Positions 42,817-54,545 of a stretch of DNA of 64,000 nucleotides are shown in pieces. Origin of the DNA: Candidatus Bathyarchaeota archaeon (GTDB taxonomy: Archaea > Thermoproteota > Bathyarchaeia > Bathyarchaeales > Bathyarchaeaceae); contig CAVOMX010000024.1 in NCBI GenBank assembly GCA_963697165.1, positions 64,001 through 128,000 on the forward strand, written 5' to 3'. Below the pieces are notes generated by a model. It was not told the origin of the DNA. It searched no databases and was given only the letters and a program-made list of their open reading frames with translations. The first letter of the stretch is position 1. Each line of letters opens with the position of its first letter. A program made the translations under genes and the position numbers.

Positions 42817-45012
42817 ATGACCGAGATAATTCAAAAGATTCGACCAATGGTTAGGGGAACCGACGGCTTCATTATCCCTTGGAACCGAAACCAAATCGTG
42901 GAGCAGCTCCTGACAGAAACAAAATTGGCTGAAGAATTCTATGAAACAAGAGCCATAAACAGGCAAGAGGCTGAAGAAATAGCTTTTGAGGTGGAAACGA
43001 AAGTTTTTGATTTGAACCTCAAGTTCATCAGTGGACCCCTTATACGGGAACTGGTAAACAATGTTCTGTTATCCAAGTCTGCACAGAAGCCCGAGTTTGC
43101 GCTTTACAGAAACATTTTGACTCGAGTAGGTGCGCCCGTCTATGACGCATACCTGATGGATGTGGGACAGGGCTTCAAGGCAAAAGAAAACGCAAATCTT
43201 CAACCTAACCCAGAAACCGCTCACAAGAGAAAAGCAGACTGGGTTTCAGGAGAAGAATACCTGCTGCTGATGCCTCCCAAAATTGCTGACGCACACCTGT
43301 CAGGCGACCTCCACATCCACGACCTAGAATATTTCGGAACCCGACCCTTCTGCCAAGACTGGGACCTCCGATACTTCTTCTATTACGGGTTGATGCCTGA
43401 CGGACTCGGCACCAGAACAAGCATTGCTGGTCCAGCCAAACATCCAGAAGTTGCAATTCTGCACACCGCCAAGATACTAGCTTCTGCACAGACAAACTTT
43501 TCTGGCGGCGAAGGCTTCTACAACTTCCTAATTTTCCTTGCCCCATACTTTAGAGGCTTGACTTACGAGCGAGTCAGGCAGCTTATGCAAATGATGTTCT
43601 TTGAGTACACTCAGGCTTACGTGGCTAGGGGCGGTCAGCTGGTCTTCAGTAACATTCAGGTGCAGCCGGGAGTTCCTGACCTCTGGAAAAATGTTCCTAT
43701 TGTAATGAATGGACGTGTTGGACCAGACGTTTACGGAAACTACGAGGATGAAGTCCGCCTCATGTTCCGTGCCCTTTATGATGTGGCTGGCAAAGGCGAC
43801 GCCTGGGGAAAGCCCTTCAACTTTCCGAAGCTCGAGAACTCTTTGAGTCCCGAGTTTTTCAAGCCCGAATACGATGATGTGTGGCTTGACGTTCACAATG
43901 TTGTAGCCAAGTTTGGGCTTCCCTACTTTGATAACTTGATGCCCGCTTACAGGGGCTACGGCAAAGGAGTTTCATGTTACCAGTGCTGTGCCTACTGTTT
44001 TGTTGAAACTCCTGAAGACAGCCCAGACTTCTACGATAAGCTCAATTTCAATGGCGGAAAGCACTTTACGATGGGAAGCTGGCAGGTTACCAGCATGAAT
44101 CTTCCAAGACTTGCTTACAAAGCCAACGGAAACGATGAGATGCTCTTTGAGGAGAGTCGCAGGCTGATGGATTCTGCTCTTGACGTGTTCAAAGCCAAGA
44201 AGAAGTGGATGAATCTTGCCTTGAAGCACGACAGGATACCTTTCGCCACCCAGAGACCTTTGGATCCACGAACTAGAGAGAAGGGAACTCAGGCTGTAGA
44301 CTTTGATGCATTAACCTTTACGATTGGTCTTGTGGGCGGAAACGAGATGGCTCAGTATCACACGGGCTATCAGCTGCACGAAAATCAGGAATCAGTCAAG
44401 ATTCTTATCAAACTGATTCTGGAGATGCAGAAATACAAGAAGGTTCTGGAGGAGAAGAGCGGCTACAAGATTGCCTTAGCGCGGACTCCTGCTGAGTCTA
44501 CCGCTCAGAGGTTCGCTATAGCTGACCTGCTCACGGACGGTTATCGGAAACATGCGGAGAAGATGATTAAGGGAAATGTGAATCAAGCCAAGGTTCTGCT
44601 TGCTGACCGAAAGAAGGATGTTCCAATATACTACAGTAATGGAACACACGTTGATGTAGGCGCTAAATTGGGGCTGTTTGACCGTATGAACATCGAGCAG
44701 AAGTTCTTCCCACTCTTGAACGGCGGAAACATGCTACATATTTGGTTGGGAGATGCCAATCCGGACCCTGAAGCCCTATACAAACTGACCAAAAAAATCA
44801 CCACACAAAGCAACATCGGCTACTTCGCTTACACCAAGGATTTGACCGTCTGCAGTAACTGCGGAAAAGTCACTTCGCCAATGCGGGAACAGTGCCCCCA
44901 CTGCAATTCCAACGATGTAGAATGGTGGTCAAGAGTAACAGGATATTATCAGGCAGTTAGCGGATGGAACAAGGGCAAAAAACAGGAACTGATGAACCGT
45001 TACAGAATCTGA
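42817..45012 (+). CDS. nrdD: anaerobic (class III) ribonucleoside-triphosphate reductase
   Basis: ATP cone; HIHDLEYFGTRPFC; YQCCAY; TPAEST; YYSNGTH; CSNC/CPHC; SRVTGYY glycyl loop; WNKGKKQE. Confidence 0.97.
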   Translation: MTEIIQKIRPMVRGTDGFIIPWNRNQIVEQLLTETKLAEEFYETRAINRQEAEEIAFEVETKVFDLNLKFISGPLIRELVNNVLLSKSAQKPEFALYRNILTRVGAPVYDAYLMDVGQGFKAKENANLQPNPETAHKRKADWVSGEEYLLLMPPKIADAHLSGDLHIHDLEYFGTRPFCQDWDLRYFFYYGLMPDGLGTRTSIAGPAKHPEVAILHTAKILASAQTNFSGGEGFYNFLIFLAPYFRGLTYERVRQLMQMMFFEYTQAYVARGGQLVFSNIQVQPGVPDLWKNVPIVMNGRVGPDVYGNYEDEVRLMFRALYDVAGKGDAWGKPFNFPKLENSLSPEFFKPEYDDVWLDVHNVVAKFGLPYFDNLMPAYRGYGKGVSCYQCCAYCFVETPEDSPDFYDKLNFNGGKHFTMGSWQVTSMNLPRLAYKANGNDEMLFEESRRLMDSALDVFKAKKKWMNLALKHDRIPFATQRPLDPRTREKGTQAVDFDALTFTIGLVGGNEMAQYHTGYQLHENQESVKILIKLILEMQKYKKVLEEKSGYKIALARTPAESTAQRFAIADLLTDGYRKHAEKMIKGNVNQAKVLLADRKKDVPIYYSNGTHVDVGAKLGLFDRMNIEQKFFPLLNGGNMLHIWLGDANPDPEALYKLTKKITTQSNIGYFAYTKDLTVCSNCGKVTSPMREQCPHCNSNDVEWWSRVTGYYQAVSGWNKGKKQELMNRYRI

Positions 45013-45163
45013 ATGCAGAAAATCTTAGTAAACGTAACGTGGCAGCAGTAAACTCGCCAGAAATTTCTTTTTCAACTCTTGTATCAGTAAGTTTAAAATA
45101 GTGGCTAAATAAATTACTGCCAAGTAATTCTCTTAATCCTGCGTGGAGTGTCAAAATAGAAAA

Positions 45164-46232
45164 ATGGCAAAGGCCAGAAGTAACGGAACCTGTAAGAATA
45201 TATCCCCTTTGTTGTCGGATTTGCGACCAAACGACTGGAGTGACAATCGTGAACGCCAACTTAAACTAAAACGTCAGTCTTGGCAGGTTATGGTTGGTAA
45301 CACAATATTTCTTGAAGCAAGAAACTTGGCTCCTATTCTGGGATGTGAACGTGTTTATCTGAAGTTTGAGGGCAGCAATCCTACTGGAACCCAGAAAGAC
45401 CGCATCGCTATGGTACTTGCTGATCAGGCGGTTACTTCAGGACTAGAAGGGATTACCTCCGCAACCTGTGGTAACTTTGGTGTAGCAATCGCCTACGCTG
45501 CGCGGCATTATGATTTGGCTGCCAATATCTATATTCCCAAAAAATATGATGTGCCAAAGGATCGGCTGAAACGTATGGAAAATTTTGGGGCAAAGGTGCA
45601 TTTTGTTGATGGTTACTATGAGGATGCAGTGGCTTACTCTTCTCAGCAGGCAATAGAATGTAACTGGTTTGATGCCAATCCTGGAGTAAACGAGGTTCCG
45701 GAATTGTCTTTAGCTGCATATGGAGAAATTTCGTTTGAGATTTATCGCGATTTGAGGCGGGTTCCAAACTATATTTTCTGTCCTGTTGGAAACGGCACAT
45801 CTACTTGCGGGCATCTATGCGGGATTCAAAAAATTATACTTATCGGGTAAGACTATGACTGTTCCGAAGATGGTGGCTACCAGTACACGGCGAGGCAACC
45901 CTGTCATAAAGTCATTCAAAGCAAATAAGCGAACAATATTTGATCTAAAACCTGAGGAAATCAAAGAGAGCAAAATCAATGAGCCTCTAACCAACTGGCA
46001 TGCATTCGATGGACAACTTGCCCTAGATGCAATTTATGAATCTGGAGGCTTCGCAGAATACGCTTCAGACACAAAAATGATGGAGTTCTCAAAGCTGGTT
46101 CGCTCAGAAGAAGGACTAAGTGTTCTACCCGCAGCCGCTAGTACCCTTGCTGTTATGCAAACTCTCGGCAGAGAGGGTTTCATTGTTAAAGGAACATTCG
46201 TGGCTATCCTGACTGGCAGAGACTTTGACTAA
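45164..46232 (+). CDS. threonine synthase-like fold-type II PLP enzyme (frameshift near 45800)
   Basis: KFEGSNPTGTQKDR; ATCGNFG; CPVGNGT; EEGL. Confidence 0.85.
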
Positions 46233-46259
46233 GATCTGCCCAAATAGTCCAAAATGGAA

Positions 46260-46847
46260 CTACAGCACAAGTTTCATGATGACGTCTCCTTTTTCAGAAA
46301 TGGAGACTGTCTCAAATCCATGTTTTGCGTAGAACTGCTGTAGAAGAATTCCTTTCTCGTCCATTAATTCGGTGTCCAAAACTATTGCCTGAAACTGTTT
46401 TGTTTTTGCCCAGCGAATCATAAACTCGATAACAATGTTTCCGATGCCTTCGCCTCTGCGTTTGACAGCGAAAGTGTCAAAATAGTATGATTTTGAATGT
46501 TCTTCTTGAATCGAGTAGCCAAGAAGAAGAATTTGGGGCTCACCATCCACTATGATAAACCAGAAAATCAGGTCCGGATTCTCAAGTATCTTCGTTAACT
46601 CTTCAAAGGAGTACTGTAGCTCCCGTCTGAAGCCTGTCTCCTCAATGCTGTGAAACCATGAGAAGTAATGTTTGTTCCATTCTGTTGGAAAAACTATTTC
46701 TAGTTCTCCCTCATACCTGTTGGCTAGCTCGTCTAGAAGCTGCCGCCAAAGTGGATTATCTTTTTCTGGTTGGAGTATCGATTTTGTTTTATTCACAGCT
46801 TTCTTTTCTCTCCCAAAGGCTGCTCGTTGACTACCTAACTTTGGCAC
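46260..46847 (-). CDS. GNAT family N-acetyltransferase
   Basis: FAVKRRGEGIG acetyl-CoA motif; QFYAKHGF. Confidence 0.85.
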   Translation of the reverse strand: MPKLGSQRAAFGREKKAVNKTKSILQPEKDNPLWRQLLDELANRYEGELEIVFPTEWNKHYFSWFHSIEETGFRRELQYSFEELTKILENPDLIFWFIIVDGEPQILLLGYSIQEEHSKSYYFDTFAVKRRGEGIGNIVIEFMIRWAKTKQFQAIVLDTELMDEKGILLQQFYAKHGFETVSISEKGDVIMKLVL

Positions 46848-46849
46848 TT

Positions 46850-47844
46850 CTATAGTTTTAGACCATAGCGGCTACATGCAGATTCGAGAAGTCTGCGGAT
46901 AAGCTCATCGTAGCTGTAGCCAGATTTCATTGCCATGTACGGATAGAATGACAGATCGTTTTCGTCTAGTATCGAAGTCCATTCCGGGTAGAGGATTGAT
47001 TTCTAAGAAAAACAGTTTCCCTGCACTGTTCATACGAAAGTCGATTCTCGCAAAATCTTTAACATCCAATGCATACCAGATATCACGTGAAAGCTGCTCA
47101 AGCGTGTTCTTCAGTTTTTCTGGAATTTGTGCGGGACAAATGTAGTGGTCCAGCGAGTCTAGAACCGTTTTGGCTCGTTGCCCAAATACGCCACCTACTT
47201 CAGGGAACTTGGAGAAATCGATTTCCAGAATAGCAAGAACCTCTGGCACTTCGCCTGCTCGTCCTAGTAATCCGGTGCTGAATTCTCTACCCTCAATAAA
47301 CTGTTCAATGAGGATCGGCTGCTGATACTCTCTAGCATCTGTTTTAGTCTTGTGTGCAGTTGTGTTTTGTCGTGTACCAAGTTTTCTTCTGTGATTCCGA
47401 TCGAGGAGCCTTCTTCGTTGGGCTTTAGGATATATGGGAAGCCTTCAGTGATTTTCTTTGCTTCTTGAAGGTTTTTGCATACGTAAAATTTTGGTGTAAA
47501 TATGTCTGTGATAAAGGAGAGCCTTTTTTGTCCATGCTTTGTTTAGGCAAATCGCGGTAGTCAGCACGTTAGCGCCAACATATGGTATTTCAAGCATTTC
47601 AAGTATTGCTGGCACATGCGATTCACGGCTATCTCCTTTTAGACCCTTCTGCTCTGTTAAAGACAAGGTCTGGTTTTGCTGCTTTGATGTTTTCAGCAAA
47701 GTTTTCGTCAGCTTCAACAAAGACGTACTCATGTCCAGTGGCTACGATGCCATGTTTTATGAGTTCAATAGTGTGAGGAGGATCGTACTCGACCTCAAAT
47801 TCGGTTTCTGCGTGGCGAGTATTCAAAACTAGTGCTATCCGCAT
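46850..47844 (-). CDS. D-Ala-D-Ala-ligase-like ATP-grasp enzyme (several frameshifts)
   Basis: PDLVFNRAEG; ESHVPAILEMLEIPYVG; CLNKAWTK; KPNEEGSSIGI; ARIDFR; LEINPLPG. Confidence 0.88.
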
Positions 47845-47913
47845 ATATTTTCATCCCACCTAAGGATAGGAATCTGGCATAATTAAAATTAGCCCTTCTA
47901 TCTGTTTATTCTG

Positions 47914-49286
47914 TTAAATCTGGAATGTTGCCAGTTCCTCTTCAAAGATCGAATGTCACGTTGTTCCTCAATTCTTTAGGAACAGATATCGAAGTATGTA
48001 AGGTGCAAAACGTTTTCCACAGTTCCTCTTCCCTGTCTTTTGCTTCTTGATATAGTGGGCTTGCCTTAAACTCCTCAACGAGTCCTCCCTTCAGCTCCCT
48101 TCTTGGCTGCAAGATAGAACGCAAAAAGCTGTTCATCTCTGCCCACCTTAGTGTGAGCATACGTCATTGTAATCGATTTTCCTCCAAACAACGTAAAAAA
48201 TCGTTTATACTCACGCTCTAGCATGTTCTCTCGTAGTCCAATCTTTGTTGGGTCGATTCCGCTTCCAACACACATCAAATACATTTTAGCGCAGATTGAG
48301 CAGTTGTGGCACCAGTGATAGTTTCGTCCTGCCTCTGTTTCGGTGAAGCAACTCATCTGATATTTTGCAATCTCTGGATACCGATGCGCCAGAATATACT
48401 GGATCATCATGTCCATAAGCGGCTCTATCAAGCTTCCAGTGTTGACTGAGCGTCCCGAGAAGGTCTGTGTAATCTGGTCAATATGCACAGTCCAACGGTG
48501 AGACTGATCATAGCAGGGATGAACTGTCCATCTGTCCTCGGAGTCCATGTAAGTTGAGGCAGCAGTTTGCTCGTTACCAAACAGCAGATACTTCGCTTTG
48601 AGAGCATACGCGAACGGTATCAGCTCCAGCGCATACTCTGTTGTCTGAAGCCCCCACCCCATTTCTGTGAATGGCACTCCCAGATGTGGATAGTCGCGAA
48701 ACTTTCCTGTTTCGTGCCTCAGAATGTTTAGTTGTTTGCCGAATTCGTTTTTGAATCGTCTCGCTAGTTCTGTTTTGTGTTTCTGTTCGTAGGTCATACT
48801 CTGCTCTACAACGTAGACCATTTCAGGTTCAAGACCGATTTCGTCTGCTACTGCGTATGTCAGGAGGCTGTCTTTTCCGAAGCTTGTTCCAACAAGGGCG
48901 CCGGATGGCGTATCTACAGGCTGCTTGGAGGGATAGGTTATTTCTGGGTCTAGAAACTGGTAATCTGTGTTAAAGAATTTTCGAACAATCTCGTCAGTGC
49001 TGGTTCCATCAACCTCTGTGCATGACGGGATGTCTTTCAAGAAGTTTTGGACAAAGTAGGGTTCCAGTAGAGGACACCCTGAATGGTAAATGATGCTGGG
49101 TGCGTCTAGTACGAGCGGCAGGTGCATGGTGGTGGCGAGTGCAAGGTTGTCTTTTAGTGCTGTTTGTGTTTCTTTTGGTGTTGCTTTCCAGACATACGTT
49201 GGATATACTATTGGGTAGGATGTTTCGCAAAAACGAATGCCCACCCCGTTATCGGTGACCCTTGAATGGATATGTATCTGCTTCAT
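47914..49286 (-). CDS. MurL-like adenine-nucleotide alpha-hydrolase (PP-loop) protein (C-terminal frameshifts)
   Basis: SFGKDS PP-loop; FGNEQTA; SLIEPL; QMSC; WCHNCSIC in MurL order. Confidence 0.65.
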
Positions 49287-49338
49287 GACAAAAGAATTTG
49301 GCGAAAGTCCCATTAATAACTGTGTATGCAGGCGATTT

Positions 49339-49461
49339 CTAGTCTTCTTCCGCTAGCTGCATAGGTTGTCCGCAGCAGACAAGTATTCCGTTACCTGATG
49401 CGATAACTTCTACTACGTTACCGCAGATTTTGCAGGCATACATTTCTCCTTCTGTGGTCAT
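49339..49461 (-). CDS. desulforedoxin (Fe-Cys4), 40 aa; below ORF-track cutoff
   Basis: Translated by hand: MTTEGEMYACKICGNVVEVIASGNGILVCCGQPMQLAEED; GGAGGTGA SD upstream. Confidence 0.9.
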   Translation of the reverse strand: MTTEGEMYACKICGNVVEVIASGNGILVCCGQPMQLAEED

Positions 49462-49484
49462 CGGTTCACCTCCTTGGGCGGGAT

Positions 49485-50664
49485 TTAGAGTTCTGTTGAG
49501 GGAAACTCTATTCGCCGCAAATACTTCTTGGCATACTCTGGCTCATGGGCAAGCTCTTGACTTCTTAGAAGTTGTCTCTCAAGCCGACTCAATGCTGTCG
49601 CGAAACGTTGCTTCAACTCCGTAGCCTTCGCTGGAACTAAAGAAGGATCCTTTTCTTGTCCTAAATTGGAGCCGACAGTGAATCAACTGCTCTCCCTTGT
49701 AGTTCGTTCCATGAGTTTTCATGTACACGAAAAGTGTGCCAGCTTCCAGTGTCTTTTGGTATTTGAGTGAGAATACTTCAAAGTCGCCCATTATGAATCC
49801 GCGTTGAATACCGTCTATTTCTACCCCCTTAACTGAAAACTGGACTGTTATCCGCTGTTTTGGCATATCCATTTCAGCTAGCGGCTCAAGAAGGTCTCTT
49901 TTTGTCACAATGCCTGCAGGTCTTCCTTTACTGATAACCACCAGCGAGGAAATGGTAAATTTCTGCATCTTCTCCACAGCGTCTTTCAGCGTGTTTTCGG
50001 GTAAAACTGTGATGACCGGCTTCGTCATTATTCCCTTCGCTGAAATACTTAGAACTTGAACTTTTTCTCCTGCTATATCGCCTACTTTTTGGCGTTGTTT
50101 TGGTTGAAAGATGCCTGTGATGATGTCCTTGATGCTTACGATGCCCACGAGGGTACCGTCTCTAACTATGGGCGCATGAGAGATGCCATGCTCCTTAAAG
50201 AGGCTCAGAACGGCTCCCACGGACTCGTTTTCTTCAACAAGGAACGGCTTCTTGGTCATTATATCCTCAACTTTTGTGTTCCCCCACTTCCCGACCACTG
50301 CTCCCTGAATAATTGCATCATCCGTAACGATTCCTTCCATTTTCTCGCCGCTGAAAACCGGAAGTTGACTAATTCCACTGGTTACCATGAGTCTCGCTAC
50401 CTCGCTGAGACTATCATCTGGTGTTACTTTAGGTGCTGAACGCATCAAACTCTCCACTTTGGTTGTGGAAGGATCATACCTTGACCTAACTATCCATCTG
50501 TAGGAAATTACGCCCGCGTATTTTCCTTTACTGTTTAAAACAACCAAAACTGGTGTCGATTCTTCTTTAAGGATAGAAAGACATACAGAAAGCGTGTCGT
50601 CTTTGCTGACGCTCTTAAACTTGGTTGAAAACACATCTTTTACTATACTTGAAACCATACCCAT
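49485..50664 (-). CDS. 4xCBS protein with C-terminal HPF/RaiA-like domain; probable ribosome hibernation factor (frameshift near 49590)
   Basis: Four CBS repeats (SQLPV, SHAPIV, SSLVV); tail LIHCRLQFRTRKGSFFSSSEGYGVEATFRD-ALSRLERQL. Confidence 0.75.
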
Positions 50665-50770
50665 TTCTCCAAATAACACATTTCTACAAAAAGCGATTTA
50701 AACGTATATTACTATCTCTTGTACAGTCTTTAACGTTTTGCCTGCCCTACACTTGCATAAACTGTTCTGG

Positions 50771-51692
<922 letters not shown>

Positions 51693-51892
51693 GCATTACA
51701 CCAGACACATTTTAGCAACTCGTAAATAAATGCTTAATCTATCAAAAATTATCTAGTTCTATTTTATGAGCTTCGTTGGGAGGGTTAAGTTTGTTATGCA
51801 AAAAGTTTTGCTCCAAAAAAGCACGTAATTTAACGTGCGAATGAATGCTGAATCCCAAGCCTGTTTAGGGGATTAGTAGGCGCAGGATTCTG

Positions 51893-53000
51893 TTATATCA
51901 ACTTCATAGAATCAACTATGTTGTGTAGACTGTCTTCGTTTTTGCTGCCCAAATCTCCGATTACAGATTCGACGGTCATGTTGAGTACAATTTCTGCTAT
52001 GTCCATAGAATATTCTGCTATTCTTCTGACACTCTCAATCACCAACCGAATGTTAGATGCCTCTTCTATATCCGTCTCTTTTGAGGAAAGCAGAGCCTTC
52101 TTCTCCAGAGAAACTATCTTGTTAGCTCTTGCGATAACGCTTTCTGCTAAGTCAAAATCACGCCTAAACAACGATTCTATCGAAGTTTCAAAAGAGGAAA
52201 TCGCCACTTCATTCATTTCCTGAATTGATTGAAGAAACTCTTCGTCTAATTGTTTTTTGAGTAGCAATACATTTTTTGCTATGTTTGTTGCGTGGTCGGC
52301 TGTTCTTTCAACCATTTTAGTTATGAGCCTGTAGCCGAGGCAATCTATTGGTGTTTTTAATCCTATCTCTGTTATTATTCTCGGGTTCTGAATCGCCATC
52401 TTTAGCTGCCGTATTATGTATAGATGAAATCTGTTAACGTCATAAGTCGGTGGCTCTGACATCCTTTGCTAATTGGTAATCAAGGTTCTTGAGAGCAGTT
52501 ATCGCATCCTTATGCATAGACGCTGTTATGATTGACATTCGCCGCAAAGCGCTCGGAACAGATAATTCAGGATAATTTAATAAAACCTGTAAAGTCAAGT
52601 CTGTGGAAGTGTCAGTCACTATTTCTGTTCCAACAAGCATGTTTCGAGCAAAAGTTTTGATGGCATTTCTTTGTGTTGACAAAATTTCTTTTTGGTCTTT
52701 TGCTCTTATGTGAATTATGTTATAGCCCAGCAAATACGTGGCTACAGTTTTTCTTATCAACGCCTCAGAGTTGTCTTCCGGAGAGACTTTGATTAATGCC
52801 TCTTCTGTTTTTTCCGTTTTTCCAATGTCTGGAGGTAAAATTGTTAAAAGCCCATTTTCTTCCTGTCTGACAAGCAATGAACTGCCTTTTTCAAGCCCGT
52901 TTTGGGTAACCCACCTTTTTGGCAACGAAAGCACGTAGGTTGATCCTCCCGTGACTTGAAGCTTTCTTGTTTCCTCATCTTTCAACGAATTATCCCTCAT
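51893..53000 (-). CDS. phoU: AbrB-PhoU phosphate uptake regulator (frameshift near 52445)
   Basis: RKLQVTGGSTYVLSLPKRW; ERTADHATNIA; RRIAEYSMDIAE. Confidence 0.92.
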
Positions 53001-53384
53001 TATTTTTTCACCGAATTATATAGACTATATTGGAATCTGTATAATGAATTGACAAACTATTTAATTGTTTTATCCCTTTATCTCCCTGACTATGATGCAG
53101 AACAATGAAAAAACTGACACAACACCGGTAACACCAGATATTATTAATAGAACTACCCGGCACTGCTACAATGATAGAATCAAACTTGTCAAAACACTGG
53201 CGAACAACATGAAAATCCACCAAAAATGTCTGAATTACATTTGCACACGCATGCAAGACTCGACCTTACAGACGCCGCTACACAGCCTCTTATCTTTGGA
53301 CACACGAACCTTTATTCAGACCGTCTTTTTTGAAAGCGAAGTTTTTATACCGATATTTTGAATACTATTGCGAGGCTGATCAGG

Positions 53385-54545
53385 ATGGATCGTAGAAACA
53401 AACGTCGCCTGAGGTTGTTTCCAAAACAAGGCTACATCATGCTTCTTATCGGAATCCTGCTCGGCTTCATGCTCTTCTTGGCAGTCTCCTCACTCACATA
53501 CCAAGGAGGAAGTGGAGGCGCAGGACAGGAAGGATTACCCTCAAACATCAGTTTCACGTTCCTTTACACCAGCGAAAAACAAGGCTGGTTAGAAGAAGTT
53601 ACCCCAGCATTTGAACAGTGGTTTTTTGAACGCTTCAACATTAACGTTAATGTAGACCTTGTAGTGACCGGAAGCCACGACAGCGTAAACCTCATCCTTC
53701 AGGAAAGTGCACAACCAACCGCTTGGAGTCCAGCATCAAGCATCTGGATACCTTACCTGAACCAGAAATGGACCGATTTAGGAAAGGGACAAGCAATAGC
53801 TCAGGACTCAACTCCTCTTGTTTTGTCTCCCGTCGTAATAGCGGGATGGTCTTCATTCTTTGAAAAATAATAATGTGACTAGCTTCAAAGACCTGTATCA
53901 GTTGGCAAAGGACGGAGTCTCTTACAAGTACGGCCATCCAGACCCACTACTGAGTAATGGTGGTGTCATGGCTGAAGTTCTAGAATTCGCTGAAGCATTA
54001 AACAAGAAACCTGAAGATTTCGTTTTGGACGATTTCTTGAACAAAGATGCTCTTGATTTCGTTAGAACTATTGAATCAAAAACAGTAAACTATGGAAAAA
54101 GCACAGGCTTCTTTGGAAGCTGGGCAGCAGAGAACGGTCCAACTGCGATTGACTGTTTTGCAGTTTACGAAAGCGTAGTAATTAGTAACGCAGACAAAGC
54201 CACTAAGACATGGGGTGATTCACTTAGTGGCAATCTATCCCGAAGCTGGAACCCTTCTTTCTGATCATCCTTTTGTCATTTTAAACGCGCCTTGGGTTAG
54301 CGAGTACCAAAAATTTGCTGCATCCCAATATCTTTTCTATCTGCTTCAGGAAAATAATCAAGACAAAGCTCAAGAATACGGATTTAGGCCAGCCAACCCC
54401 AACGTTCCCCTTAACTGCCGACATCTTCAACATACAAAATGGCGTTGAATTTGAAATCAATGTTCCAACTTATCGGCCTTTGTCAGGAGAAGCGATGGAA
54501 AATCTTTTCACGGTTTGGCCTTCTGTGAAAAATCCTGGAGTGTGA
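53385..54545 (+). CDS. membrane-anchored substrate-binding protein of the type usually fused to vWA domains (frameshifts)
   Basis: N-terminal TM; SEKQGWL; WSPASSIW; LVLSPVVIA; HPDPLLSNGG; YESVV; YPEAGTLLSDHPF; GFRPANP. Confidence 0.75.

Noticed and set aside
53065..53361. 98-aa ORF between phoU and the binding protein
   Set aside because: Overlaps the divergent promoter region, has no motifs and atypical composition; probably spurious.
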